From NCBI GenBank assembly GCA_949358305.1, contig OX442314.1, positions 8,308,001 to 8,372,000 of the forward strand: DNA of 64,000 nt. Reading direction: 5' to 3'. Both the position numbers and the translations under genes were made by a program. The first letter of the stretch is position 1. Each line of letters opens with the position of its first letter. The notes beneath the pieces are model-generated. The model searched no databases. It saw only the letters and a list, made by a program, of their open reading frames with translations, and was not told the DNA's origin. This DNA is from Strigamia acuminata (taxonomy: Eukaryota). Positions 23,476 to 38,002 of the stretch are shown here, one piece after another.

Positions 23476-23990
23476 TTTATCAAATCTTGTACAAATTCCA
23501 TCAAATCTTGTACAAATTCCATCAAATCTTGTACAAATTCCATCATATCTTGTACAAATTCCATCAAATCTTGTACAAATCCAGTACAAATCTCCACTCC
23601 AGAAAAAATGCTTCAAATCCAGTAAAAATCCACCAAATCCAGTAAAAAATCCATCAAATCCAGTAAAAATCCATCAAATCCAGTAAAAATCCATCAAATC
23701 CAGTAAAAATCCATCAAATCCAGTAAAAATCCATCAAATCCAGTAGAAATTCATCAAATCCAGTAGAAATCCATCAAATCCAGTAGAAATCCATCAAATC
23801 CAGTAGTAATCAATAAAATCCAATAGAAAAAAAAATCATAAAATCCAGTAGAGAAAAAAATCATAAAATCCAGTAGAGAAAAAAATCATAAAATCCAGTA
23901 GAGGAAAAAAATCATAAAATCCAGTAAAATTCATGAAATCCAGTTAAAATCTTGCTAAAATCTTGTTAAAATCCAGTTAAAAACCTGTTG
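23476..23990. repeat. 21/20-bp minisatellite
   Basis: Tandem CATCAAATCTTGTACAAATTC grading into CCATCAAATCCAGTAAAAAT. Confidence 0.85.
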
Positions 23991-25513
23991 AAATCACGTT
24001 TCTTATATAAATACAGTAATGTACAACAAACAAGGTGCACATTCAATTTCAAAATCGATTATAAAAACTAGTTTACTGAATCGGTTTTTGATTTTGGACT
24101 AGTTGATTCCAGTAAATGTTGAGCATACGCAGCTATGTCTTAAGTGTTCTAAAATCAAGTTCTCTAGATCCCATGAGTAGTCCTGAACCCAAAATGTCAT
24201 TTAGAAATTATATCGTGAATTAAATATAATTGTAATAAATTGGTACCTTGTTGCAAAAGTTCCCACCCGGGATCAATTGGATTTCAATATGGCCGATAAA
24301 AAAGCCAATTGAAATCGAGGTCAAAAACAACCCAAATCGAAAGAATCGACCCCAACCGTGCATTATAAAAATCGGTTTTTCAACAACCCAATTCCTTTTA
24401 CATAATTTCCACCAAAAATAAAAATAGGCAAAATAAAAAAATTTATTCCAGTGAAATCACGTGTTAAATAACAACTTGATGCCATTTCAAAGTGTTCTTG
24501 ATGTAAATGAATTAAAATTAGTAATTACAATTCATTTTTTTCTATTTTTTTATGTAGTTTATTTGTTTATTTCTTAACACTTTTTCCAGACACTAATTTA
24601 GTGACTTCCCCTGGTGTCTGTTTTTGGCAAAATTCTCAGTTTTCCAAACGCAAGCATACGTTCACGATAAGTGACTTCACATGTTAGACACACATCGCTG
24701 TTTTTTTTCCCGGAAAAATAGCGATTCATGCATTTATTTCTGATTTTCGGAAAATATGCATTTATAGCCAATTTCGGCTTTTTATTGAATAAAAATAATT
24801 CCTATGCATTTACGAATTTATCCAAGCCTTAGTTAAAACAAAAAATTCGTGAAATCACGGTTTATTATAACGAGGTTCGACTGTACCACAAGAATAGAAC
24901 AAAGAGTCCCCAAGCTCTAACTTATTTAGTTTATTTAGCTTCACGCATACAGCAAATTTTGCACCAGCGACTTTCCGCTTTGAGCAAGTTATCTTATCAG
25001 CTTTGAACGATCTCCGTACCCCAATTTCATACAACCTTTATCGACCGAATTATGCACTTACACCGCCAAGTTTCGCTGCATTTCACATGCAAATCGAGTC
25101 TGCGTTTCCAGACATCCATAAGTAATTACATGTGACAGCAATCCAGCCAATCCCGATCAGAAATCTGAAACTGCTCCAACTTGATCTTATTTTGGGCAGC
25201 TTCTCTGCAAATACTATACACCCTAAAGGGTGTTTTGAAACAAAGCTACCACAAACCCACTGGTGACGAGTTATCTACAGTGACAGTTGCCTGTTAGATC
25301 GATCTTGAGGGCCGTGGTTATGGAGTGAACCACTTGGATTGGATTAAGGGCACAGGGTCACTCCACAAGCTGCCCCTAGACAATGGCTGTAAACCCCCAA
25401 ACAAGGATCGAGTATTTCAATTGCACGGAGAACTGGGGAAACATGGGGAAAGCAGTAGGAGGTGAGCATCAGATATTCTGGACCGTAGAAGCGGAAGGTT
25501 TAATCGGACGATA

Positions 25514-25712
25514 CAGTGGTGGAAAAAAGTTTGAGACCACTACAGGTTTCTTAGTTGCAAGTCGAATTTTGACCTGAAAATTTATTTACAGGTTTATATC
25601 ATGACAATGAAGCATTGTTTAAAATTCTAAGATAATAACTCAAATCAAATTTAAGAAATAAAAAAAATTGTTCAAAAAATGTTATTTATGCTGGAAAAAA
25701 GTTTGACACCAT
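25514..25712 (+). mobile_element. Tc1-like terminal repeat with inner direct repeat (IR/DR type), truncated
   Basis: TA-CAGTGGTGGAAAAAAGTTTGAGACCA at 25512 and an inner repeat CTGGAAAAAAGTTTGACACCA near 25691. No matching right end or transposase was seen. Confidence 0.55.
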
Positions 25713-28659
25713 GTGCTCTAAATCATCAAAAATATAAGCAATTTTCATTTCTAATGTTTGGTATGCTTCCTATTCGTTCTAATAACTATAATGAACTTAT
25801 TTGTCATTGAATAAACTAAATATTGCATTTTTGCATCTAAAAATTGCATTTGTGCGTCTAAAAATTGCATTTTCTGTATTAAAGTTGCATTATCATGCGC
25901 AAAAAGACATTTTCTGTTCTGTCAAGTTTTCCTCCTAAAAAGTCTCCTTATCACCTCATAACCCCATTGGTCATTAATTTCCAGGAAGTAATTACAAAGA
26001 CAAAAAAAACAAGTTATATTCGATTAAGTCGCCATCTGTTGCCGCTTGAGATCTGCAGTGCATGCCTCAACAAATCGCTTCATCATCAACATGATAATTA
26101 ACCCAAACGACCTCACGAATTCCAATGATTCTTTCAATTCTCACGCATTGCTAAATTCGGAATTAAAATTTTCACGCTCCACATAAAAACCAAACTTTCG
26201 GCCAAATTGACACTTTATTTAAATACTTTCATTTCCGCCCGCCTAAAAGAAAAGAAAACTTCGCCCGTTATCTGGGTCCCAAATTCAAACACGAAAGATA
26301 TTGTGTACCAAAGTAAGGTACAGTTGTGTTCAAAAAAACTGGACCCTCACTCTATGCAGGCAATTGAAATTGTGAGTAATTTTGTGTTTTGCCACTAGGT
26401 GAAAAACGAAAATCGAAATGCAATCAATGATTGCAGTTTTGAATAAAAACCACGGCTTTTATTTGAAGAAATACAATAAAATACAGAAAACTCTGCTATA
26501 TACTTTGTTTGCGAATTAAGTTTGTTAGTTCGCGAACTAAGATCGCAAACTAGTTTACATTTACAAGTGAACGCAAAAAACGAACTTAAGGGTGAACGTG
26601 AACGAAGTTCGCGTTCACCATGTTTGATGGTGAAAACGTAACTTTCTGCATCAGTTTTAAACGTTTTGATGACGTTTTCAACATCAAAACATTCGTTTTG
26701 ATCACTTTTTACAACGAAAACACCGAAAACCGCCGATTTCGTCATTAAAATCAATGAAAACGACTGCTTTACTAAAAAAAGTGTTTTTTTTTTTCATCTG
26801 CAAACCATGGAACATAATAAAAAACATTTCAATTTTTTAAAAAAAAAAATTGGAAAAGTGAACTGAACTATTGGTTCAAGTTCGTGAACTTAAACTTAGT
26901 TAACTTTGAAAAAAACTGTAGTGAACGTGGTGAACACAGTGATGAACACGACCTTGAACTAGTTCGCGATTTGGTGAACAAGATACAACACTGTAAATAG
27001 CGCCATTATGTTTTTGTTGTGTCGGTGTGCGCGCAGACATGGATTTTTCAGTTTGATTTTGACATCAAGATAACGAGCATAAACTATGAATCCAATGGTG
27101 TTTTTGAAGTTTCCTTTTTCCAGTTGAGTTCTGCAATCAAAAGTGAACTAGACCCATAAAATCACAAACTTTTCTTGTCGATTGCCAAATAAAAAAAACA
27201 TCAAGAGAGGCAAAAAAGGAACTCGAAGAAAAAAACAGCCTCCGGCAAAGTAAAAGCGTTACACTTGTTTTTTTTTAAGCTCGAGTATAACGGTTAATTT
27301 ACTGGAGCCACTGGGCGGATAAAAAAATCAAGAGTCTCGTTTCCTAAGACCGTCATAAATTAACTGTACGACCTGTATACTCCAAACCGATACAACGATG
27401 TCCTAACTTCAATTGGTTGAGCCGTATCACTGGTGTAGTGGCACAAAAAAGTAGCCCATAACATGTTGTCTAATTAGGTAAAACAACCACTAAAACATTA
27501 AACCTTTGTTTACCTGCCAAAAGAAACCAACAAACTATGCTAACATTGTTTGATTAATTAAAAGTGGAATAACCTTATTTTAGCACAATAAAATAAATAT
27601 TTTATTACCAAATACGGAGTAAATAAAATCCATCATTCTAATCACTTTTTACACTAAAATTCATTGAAAATAAACAGAACTACTTTTCCGCGTGGTAGAG
27701 CCCAGTCCACAGTTAGGCGTAATCCGGCTCAACCAATTGGAGTTAGGACATCGTTGTATCGGTTTGGAGTATAGGTTGACCCACACTCGTAATGTATCGC
27801 TCGATTGAAACAACCTACACGTTCCAAGTGGTTCATTGTAAAATCGCGATCAAAAAAATGTCGTTCCATCGTGCAGAGAATCGTTTTCCGGACGTGTGCT
27901 CTACCAATGAAGTTACCGGGACTCCAACAGACACTGGAAGGCACTCTCACAAATTCAATTTTCTTTTAGTGATTTTGTGAGTATTCTGTTAGTACTAGTT
28001 TGTAACACACAAATGGAGATTTGTACTGCACCACAAAAGCCAGAAAATCAACTTCGCTGGTTCCGGACTCAAATTTTTACAAATTTAATTTTTTTTTTTA
28101 AATTTTGGTACCCTCTTTGACCTTGGGTCAAAAAATTTAACTGCTAAGTAATTAAGTTAAGACCTCAGCTGAGTGTGTGCAAACTAACCGTATAGCAACA
28201 AACCAAACGACATAACTTCTTATCTTTCGATACTTTGACCTTTTGCGCCCTCTGCCAAAGGAAAAACCATTTTACCCACTCAACCATCAACAAGAGCAGG
28301 CAGTACTCCTGAAATGAAACAAATATCACTGCGATTCACTTTATTACACTTCGTTCCGGCTCCATCGCGCTGCTAACACTAACATCCTATCACAATTCAC
28401 CCACTCTGAAAAATTAATCCCCAGCTCTATTGCCTATTTATTATAACAGTAAACGAAGAAAGGCCCACTTTTGAAATCCTTTTCATTTAAAATACAACAA
28501 TATTGTTACTGGTTGGACCGGAAGGTCCGGTCAGAGCAAATTTTGAATTTTTTTATATTGATAAATGCATTGTTTTTGATGTTTACTTACCAATGCAAAA
28601 CATGCAACAAATTTTATTTTTATCAGTGGGCCAGAAATAACCATTACGAGCTGCCAAGT

Positions 28660-28912
28660 CAGCCCATTCCCTCATGCATCGACTCTAATGCACGGTTCCC
28701 CGAACTCTTTTGTCTTTGCAATTCAGGATGGTGATGACTGATGACCCTGTGGAGTATCGTTGCCGGGATGTTGGTCCGGAGCCTCGGGAGACCCAGACCG
28801 CCATCCGCGTTCAATGTATAGAAGAAAGCATCGCTAGTTGAGTCTGGCAACTTCTACCAACTCTTGACCTCCTTCCGGATGATCAAGTCAAGCCCGTCCA
28901 GAGTCGAACCGT
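28660..28912 (-). pseudogene. Non-LTR retrotransposon (R2/NeSL-like) post-RT fragment
   Basis: The minus strand reads LDLIIRKEVKSW*KLPDSTSDAFFYTLNADGGLGLPRL. The GGLGL motif is typical of the RT thumb region of these elements, and the frame carries a stop. Confidence 0.7.
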
Positions 28913-31900
28913 ATTACCTCACATTACATGAGTGCGAGTTATACCAGCATGCCGATAAACCCCGTTTTTAACGGCATGCCGATGTAAGTGAAGACGAATT
29001 TTTTTTAAAGAATTTAGCCAAAACAACCAAAAAAATTATTTTTAGACGTCCAAAATGTAGGAAATTTGCATAAATTTTCCCAAATTTTAATAATAATCTT
29101 CAGAAAATCAATAAAACTCAAATTTCAGACCAAAAATCCAATATAATTATTCATCACGGCTCCTTAAAAAATAAACCAAGAAAAAAAGGTTTTTCACTTA
29201 CAGTATACCGGCATGTTTCGTTTTGTGCGCGTTACTGTTACAGTAACGACTGAGGGTTAAACCCATTTTTCCCAACTAATTTTAACACACCGACTATAAA
29301 ATCCAAATCTACCAAACTGCGTAAAACTACATAAAACTTGCAAAACACTGCGCCATATTTTAATTTCATAATTTTCCCCAGACTCCTCCGAAACCTAATT
29401 ACACAATTTATCCTTCATTTCAGACAAAGGAATAGCGATTCGAGCGGAAAAAGAGGATCCAGAAATAGAAAAAGAAGAAAAAAAAACCCAGATGAGATTC
29501 CCACTGTCGGCAGTCAATCACGATTCATCCACGTGCATCAAGATGACATCACCGTCTCCAGCGGCTATCGATTCGCCCTCCTGCTGCCATTGCACGCGCT
29601 TCTACCTACCGACTAGAAAGACCGCATCTTCTAACCCTAAACGGCTTATCGAAATTCTACCTTGGGCAAAACAGTCAAACCTCGTTATAACAAACCGCGA
29701 TATAACGAATTTCTTGTTGCAGCCGAAACTCTTTATAACGAATCGCGGTATAACGAATTATCAATATAACGACTGTGCCTAACGTGCCTAATAAGAAATC
29801 AGGTCTTGGATATTCCCCGCCCAGCCGGTCGGTCTTAAATATTTAAAATTAAAAGTATACAATGTTTATTTCGTCAACACTGGCGGTTTCTACGGCGCTA
29901 TCTGTATTCGATAAACCTTCGACAATATCCCTTGTAGCTACCACAATTTTTATACCGCTTGAAATTTAATTTCGCACTTCCTAGAAATTTCTTTTCGAAT
30001 GAAAAACAATGCCGTAAATATTTTCCAGGTAATCAATAAACTACTCCCCTTCGCCAACGAAAGAAAATTCAAGGAAGGTTTACAGCCGGGCAGTTATCGG
30101 TCTGTCGATAGCTGGATGTATACAGGGTGTTTACTTTAAAGTGTTCCAGGTGATTCACGGAAGAATGAACTAGAAATTCAAAAATCTGTTGAAACAGTTA
30201 AGTAGGTAGTGACAGGTGGTGATTTCAATGGCGCCATGAAAATTGACCCTTGACCAAACACTGCGTTTAGCGTCAAACGAGTTTATGGTAGAACCCTTTT
30301 GGACACCTTAATATCTTTTTCGCACCAGAAAGTTTGGGCTAGCCTAACATTTAAATCTGTACTCTTGTTCGACTCAAAAGGGTGGCCTTCTCCCATTGGC
30401 TGAGCCGCATCACTAGTGTAGTGATCCAAAAATATAGACCCAAACACAAGAAATGCATTACAATGTACAGACATTGTAATCCATTGCCTAGGTAACAGCC
30501 AAAATTTCAAAATTGTTTGCTTTCCAGACAAAGCAACCAATAAACAGAACAAACATGAGTTTTACATTTATATGTGCATAAAACTTTATTTCCTAAATGG
30601 AAATAACATTTTATAATAAAATACAATTAAAATTATATCAATTTAAATGGTCATAATAATCTAAAAAATAAATAAAAATAACAACTACTTCTCCTAGTGG
30701 TAGTAATACAGACTGGAGTTAGGAGTAATGCGGCTTGGCCAATGGGAGAAGGCCACCCTTTTGAGTATAGTTCTAGTTCTCGTGCAAACGCGTCTAGCCC
30801 AAAATAATGTAGTTTAAAAACTTTTAAACTAGATAATTCTAATCCAGTTGTGTGAACTAGATAATTGCCAAAGAACTAGATAACTGCCGATGTCGCTTCC
30901 CACAATTCCGTGCGCAGTAAGGTCAGTTGATTGTCTATTGGCCGCATGCTAGCCTAGATACCGGTATGTGGATTTTTTTATTCTTGGTGCGAATGCATTA
31001 GTCTAATCATCATCCAGAACTAGATTTAAATTTCAGGCTAGCCCAAGCTTTCTGGTGTGAACAAGATATTAAGGTTATCCTTACACAAACATATAGATGT
31101 ACCGCTGCGTATAATGCGTCAAAAGATTATAAACTTTATATTAATACAGCTCTATGGGGGGATATCCTGAGGATGCATTATGGATATCGATGTTGGATGC
31201 ATTTTTGAAGTTATGAACATCAAAACAGGACATCCTGGAATCTATTAGAATATATACAAGAAAAGCACCTTTAAGATGCAAAATTTGATTTTTCTAGACA
31301 GGTCATATTTCTTCATCTAGCGAGGTTTCTCAGGCCGGTCCATTATCAGAGCTTTGAACGAGTTTAACGGTAAAAAGTTCTGTTTATAACTGCTTGTCAA
31401 ATAAATAATGTGTTATTAAATGCTTCTAAATGAAATATTATTATCAAGGTTTGACCAATACCATAGTTATCTGATACCAATATTGTCCTGCTAAATAGCA
31501 AATGATACCGATATTTTTGTCGTATTAATTTTTTTTAATGTAACAAGTTTGAAGAGTTAATTTTTGCTGAAATGAACTGTTTTATTAAAAAAAATGAGTA
31601 GTCTTGAAGTTAATTTATTAAAATAAAACATCAAGATAAATTTTTAATGGAATTTTAAAAAGGGTGCAAAGTTTGCATGATTTATTAAAATGTCTAGTCA
31701 ATAAACCGTGCAGATTGCGCATTTTGTTACATCGAGCGCTCATTTTGAGAAAAACACCGATAACCTGATGCAAGCTATGCATCATGTCGGCCATGCGTTT
31801 TGATAAATTAAAAATATCGGTATAATAAGGTGCTGAGATGTTAATGATTTTATGTCATACCATGAAGTGAAAACGAGGTTACCACCAGAAAAACCAAAAA

Positions 31901-31917
31901 AATCTATCACCTTTAAG

Positions 31918-32931
31918 TAGGTCTGTGCAAATTTGCGATATATCGCAATGTGTTGCGGCTGCAACTCGCATTTGTATTTGGATTAATAAAAAGTTACTTT
32001 GGACTATCGATGTCAATGGATTGAAACTGATTCGTATGGATTGCAGAAAGAAAACACACGTGTGCACAGGTTACATTGAAGCAGCAGTTTATTTTAGTTA
32101 AAACCGTGTATATATGCAAATAAGTTTTCCCTCTACAAACAAAATAACTTGACTCATTTACATAGTGGGTCACCGAAGTGACCCTGCCGACCAAACATGG
32201 CATTGCCTCCAATTCCCCCCAATTGGCGCGTCCCTTTTAAACGCCAGTTTTAACACAATGCGATTATTTTTTGGTGTAATATCACAGCTAAAGTAGACAG
32301 TAGCTGTCGTTTGCGATATATCTCAATATATTGCGATGTATGAACGTCTTGCGAATACAGTTGCTTAATTTTATTTTCACATTTTCACATTTTGACTGGA
32401 ACGGCCGAAATTTCGGCCTACCTAGAAAGGCCGAAACCGGTCATTTTGACCGGTCAAAATAACATTAACAATACTTGCACAAAACGTGCATCAAAATACA
32501 CAATACGTGCACAATACATGCACAATGCGTGCACAATACGTGCATACAATGTTTGGGCGTCAATTTGATGAAACGTGCGAAGAAAATAATAAAACGAAAA
32601 TTGATGGATATTATAAAACCTGATGGAATTAAAACGGAAATTTTGATTCTATCAGGTTTAATGAAATCCATCAATTTTTGTTTTATTATTTTCTTCGCAT
32701 TTTTTTTTTAATATTAAAAATTAGTTTCTTTTGCCATGTCATTCAGTGTGTTGCAATAAATTGCGATACATTGCGATATTGTGATATTTTGCGATATTGC
32801 GATATCTTGCGATAATGCGATTACACTGCTTATTCTAAGCAATATATCGCGATTGCAATATATTTAAAAATAAATGGCCAAACTGGAGTATCGCATTTGC
32901 ATTCGCTTCAAAGAGTAATCGCACAGGCCTA
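31918..32931. mobile_element. hAT-family MITE with an internal palindrome (32576-32699)
   Basis: TIRs TAGGTCTGTGC / GCACAGGCCTA, a perfect 8-bp TSD CCTTTAAG at 31910-31917 and 32932-32939, and subterminal GCGATA repeats. Confidence 0.85.
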
Positions 32932-33495
32932 CCTTTAAGTGCTTATTTTTAAGAAAATAATTCAGAAAAAGCCGACTATCCCTGTAAGTGTGACATGTGA
33001 CATCCCCAAATCTTCCACAAGAGACTATCAAAACACCCGTATGCTAATCTACTTGATGTCGAGTGCAAGAAAATGTTGCAGCAGATCAAATTATTCTAAA
33101 CACCCTCTAGTGTTCTCCACAATAAACAGAACTTCTCGCGAACAAAACCGGCAACCTTATATCCTAAATAAACATACCCGAAGACACATACGTGTTTTTT
33201 GAAATACAAATGTGTTTCGTTGTTTCCACGATCCTTGAAGGATTAAGGAGCCTGTTTACATTTCAGAATTACAATAAATTAAGTATGAGCTTCCCTATGG
33301 CAGGGCTACAAAAACATATCCGGGCCCTGAAATTTTTTTCTTTATTATGCATTTTGATGCATATCGAACTGAGGGTCTCTTAAGAAAATACACTTGCAAA
33401 CGTCAAGATCATGAGAAAATACGTGTAGAAATGTCAAAATCATGAGAAAATACGTGTAGAAATGTCAAAATCATGAGAAAATACATGTAAACAAG

Positions 33496-33695
33496 CAGGG
33501 GCGGATCTGGCTTGAGCCCCAGGCCCCCGAATTCTAGGGGGCCCCCAAGACGCGGGCCATGTACTAAAAAAAAAAAAAAAAAAAAAAGGTCACTAAAAAA
33601 CAAAAAAAGATGAAAGGTTGCTTTTTAAAATTTCGATAAAGGGGCCCCAAAAAAACCTCAAGCCCCGAGCCCCCGAAAAGCTAGATCCGCCCCTG
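33496..33695. mobile_element. hAT-family MITE
   Basis: TIRs CAGGGGCGGATCT / AGATCCGCCCCTG and a perfect 8-bp TSD TAAACAAG. Confidence 0.9.
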
Positions 33696-36600
33696 TAAAC
33701 AAGTAAATATCTGTAATGCATGGAAGCATTACATCTTAGACTTCTAAACCCCTTCTACACTTTTCTGTATAGAAATACATCTGTCCGTCTGTCCCTAAAT
33801 AAAACACCAAAATAAAAGAAAATAATGTGGAGTTTTCGGTTTCGAGAAATGCACAGACGGGCGACAACACGTTGTCAGAGGGCGTTCGGACACAGCACGC
33901 GCATCTTGATACGTCCGATTTAACGTTTTGTGGTTACAGCCAATAGGAGCTGACCATTCATGTAATATAATACGTCATTTCCGGTATCAGTCTGTGATAG
34001 ACGGCTAAAAGTCTAGTAAAACCAGTTTATTAATTAAACCGGAGGTCGGAAAAATACGAAAAGACCTTAGGAACCTAATACAGGTATGCTGAGTTCATTG
34101 TCGTTGCCCGTTGGGCTCTACCTGCTATAGTTTTTGAGATATGGACGCAGACGAACGAACGAACAGATGGACAGAGCCGTTTCATTAGACTTTCTAAACA
34201 TCAGGTTTAGAAGTCTAAAATGAATCATCTTTGCTACAATTTTTCTAATTTTTGTAAATTGTGTAAGTTTCTCGCTGACAAAAATAAAATATGCAACATA
34301 GTTGTGCCGGCTCTCCCACTTTGCCGTGTGATACAGTCCTGTCCTCTTTAGCGAAGCAAACTGCGCCGTGGAGTGAACCAATGGCTGAAAAAAATGCAGA
34401 TTGGATCGGCTTTTCTCTATTCGTTCAAACCACTTTAGCAAAATGCCCTGTTCTTTGATAACAGAAGCAGTGAGCCGTTTGGGTGATTTCGTCTAATACT
34501 CTCCCTCCCTTTCTTTCCCAATTAACTTTTAATTGCTGTGCACCAGAATAAATTGAATTTTTAAACTTAATTTCAGAGTTATTACTGAGAAGTGGATTTT
34601 GGCAAAACACACTTTTCCTTTTTTTCTTTTGCTGAATAATATCAAGCGTTTGGAACAAATTGATACAAATTCTTTGACCCATTTGCTATAAACTTGAAAT
34701 GACGGCGCACGTGGCTTTAGTCGTCCTTTATCCTCTCTTCGCGTTCTCCAATTTTCGCGAAAAACAGAAAGAAAGAGTTCAGTTCAAAATGCTTATTGTC
34801 AGGTAAAAGTATCCTGTTCACATTTTCTGCTTACAGATATGCAGTTTCTCACTCTTTGAGTAAAACATAAGAAGAAGTGTTTAATCAAAAGTAAAACAGG
34901 TTACAAAGTAAACTAGTCATAAAGTCATGTGACTGGCATAATATACAAAGAACAAATCATATGCTATTATAATACCGTATATCTTCAAATAATGCACCCG
35001 CGCGCTATTTAAAAGAAAAAAATTTGCCCGCGCACAAATAGAGGCCCGCGCGCTATTATACTCGAGTTGCACTCATAAAAGCACCTCACAATGTGTACTC
35101 CCATTGGTCGAGCCAGTTTACTGGTGTAGTGATCCGGAAAAGTAGACCCAAACACCAGAATTGCATTACAATGTACTGACATTGGAATCGATTGCCTAAG
35201 CAACGGCCTAAAATTCAAACTTACAGACGATGTAAGCAATAAACACAACAAACATGAGTTTGACATTTTTTAATGTGTAAAACTTCATTTTAATGATGGA
35301 AATAACATTTTTTATTAAATAAAATCAAAATAACATAAACTAAATTAGTCATAACAATCACAACAATAAATAAAAAACAAAACTACTTCTCCTAGTAGTA
35401 GTATACAGTCTGGAGTTAGTAGTAATCTGGCTCGACCAATGAGAGTACACATTGGGAGGTGCTTTTTTGAGTGCAACTTGAGTATAGTGGCCCGCGGACA
35501 ATTCGAAGATATACGGTAACTATTCACAAGACATTACTGATAGAACAAATCCTTTATTAATCCAAATACTGGTAAAATAAAGTAAATAAATAGCAATAAA
35601 CTCGTTAACAAATGTAATTTACAGCGTGATGCCGAAACCCATTAGCTTAGAATGCCGTATTATTTTCCCCTGACAGCAAACCCCGTTTAAACCGTTGCAA
35701 TGATAAATTAGCTTGAAATTAACATCCATGTTTGATTTGCACTAGTCTTAGCATAAACACCCTTTGGCAGTCTAATCCCTCTCATGCACTAGTTCGTGAA
35801 TGCGCAATAACAAAAATCCGATCCGCCAAACCGTTCCAACTTGCACCTCCTCCACAAGAGGTAAATCATCTCCGCCCGAGAGAAAATGAACAATGAGAAA
35901 ACTCCCAACATGTTTTTTTCAGATGGAAAAAGAGCGTGGTTAATTTAGTGCACAGTGCTAGTGAAAAAGCATTCTCCGAGGCGAGTTGAAGTTTTTCTTA
36001 AAGTGAAAAATAACTGAAAGAAACACTGAGTCAAGTCGGGCTCCATCGATTTAACTCCGTTGATTTCCAGTGCTGCATCGGTGCTTCGTGTAGCTTATGC
36101 GTGAACTGCATCGTTCGGTCAACATTCCTGTAATGCTAAGGTAGTTTGCTTGCAACTTCGGCAAATAACATGTTTTGCCATATCTATCTATTCAGACTAA
36201 CCAGATTAAAGACTAGGAATGCATCAAACATTTTCCTCCCATTGCTCTTTCATCTATTCAATAACCGAAAGATTATAAGATTACGGAGCCAAGTGGAGTA
36301 GATATTGTGCTCTAAAGCTATCGTCGTCACCCGAATACAACATGGTCGCGTTGTATTCGGACACAAAACGACCCTAGTGTTGTATTCGAATATTACACCA
36401 TGGTGTTATATTTCAACCAAAATTAACAACTTAAATTTTTCGAGACTTTATTCGACTCCAACTTTGATATGATGATCTGGGATGACTTATATTCAGAATA
36501 TGTTGAAGCTGAATTAAATGATAGCAAAGATGCAGATGCATTTAAATAAAGAAAATATTGACTGTTTAGGTAATAACAATATTTTTTTTTAAAAAACTTA

Positions 36601-37162
36601 AATAACTGTGGATTACACACTCCTGTGGTTTCTTTGTAAGTGTGTTCCTTTGAACTTTTCTTACATGTTTAAAAGCAGGTCTGGTGAGCACTGTGTCACT
36701 ATGTGTCAGATGGACAACCGATGCAACTTCGAGCCTTGCCGATGAATGACCAGAAAGGAGATAAAGAAAGGGTTTGGCCAATTAGAGTAATCTTAAAGAG
36801 AAAAGGTAACCAGCAGCTGGGTTCTATACACATGATTCCATGGCAAATACCCAGTTGCCATAGGCAACCGACAGACCAAGGACTACCACCAGAAGAGCAG
36901 GAGAGATCCCCTGGAAAACTGTGGCCCTGAAAGGCCAAACCAACAAAGGGGTCCAAACAAGGGGCTGGCTAAAAAACCACATATTACACCAAAACTTTAG
37001 AGAGGCAAGAAAAGAAAACAACTAGTTGAGACAAGAGAGTAAAATCTAATACATCGAACACATAAATACAACAAAGAAAAAAAATTGCAGTAACCAATCA
37101 CTTAAGTACCGTAACATTGGGTGCGTTCAAATTGATTAAGCAAATATGAAAAGTTTGCTTAA

Positions 37163-38002
37163 CCGTCGTAGGCATAAGGGTAAAATGTACCAGTTTTGGT
37201 ATAAGGCATTACGCGTTTAGGGACAATTTTCAAGTCGATTGGTTAAAGCGTTATTTATACTCTAAACCGACACAAGGTTGACCTAACTCCAGCCGTATCA
37301 CTGGTGTAGTGGCACAAAAAAGTATCCCATAACACTAGAATTGTAATCGAACTCCAGACATTGTGATCAATTACCAACACTTGTTTCATTGTCAAAGATG
37401 ATGCCTTGACACTATGCTAACATTTTTGGATTAAATAAAAACAAGCAAAACAGCAAGTTTAGCAAATTAAAAAAACATTTTATTACCAATTAAATAAAAT
37501 CCATCATTCTAATCACTTTTTACACTGAAATTCATTGAAAATAAACAGAACTATTTTTCCGTGTAGTAGAGCACAGTCCAGAGTTAGGCGTAATCCGGCT
37601 CAACCAATTGTAAATAGGTCAATGTTGTATCGGTTTAGATTAGTTTGTTTTTAGTCACAACTAATTTTATGGAGGGCACAATATGTAAACAATAAAAATA
37701 AATAAGTTTGAACCATCTGGCGGTGGTTTTAATCACTACTGGTAAAAGCCAACAGCTGTTAACTGACTCACTTTTTACTAATGCAGCAAAGCTAAGCTGG
37801 AGCTTTAAGAGGGTAGAAAATCTCAATTTAGAATAATTAATTAAAATATATAACGAATGAATCTAAATTTCATACTAGTAAAAGTCTATCATCATATAAA
37901 CACAGTCACAAATTTTTGGCAAAAAAAAATTAACAGGAAAAAGAATTTCCTATTCAAGAAGCGGCTTGTGCCTTAACACCTATAGCCTTATGCCTCTGAG
38001 CA
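37163..38002 (+). mobile_element. Diverged piggyBac-type MITE (same family as 55796-56712) with a nested MITE at ~37256-37640
   Basis: Flanked by TTAA. Shares GGCATAA..GTAAAATGT..GGTATAAGGCATTACG and TATAGCCTTATGCCTC with the 55.8-kb copy. Confidence 0.65.
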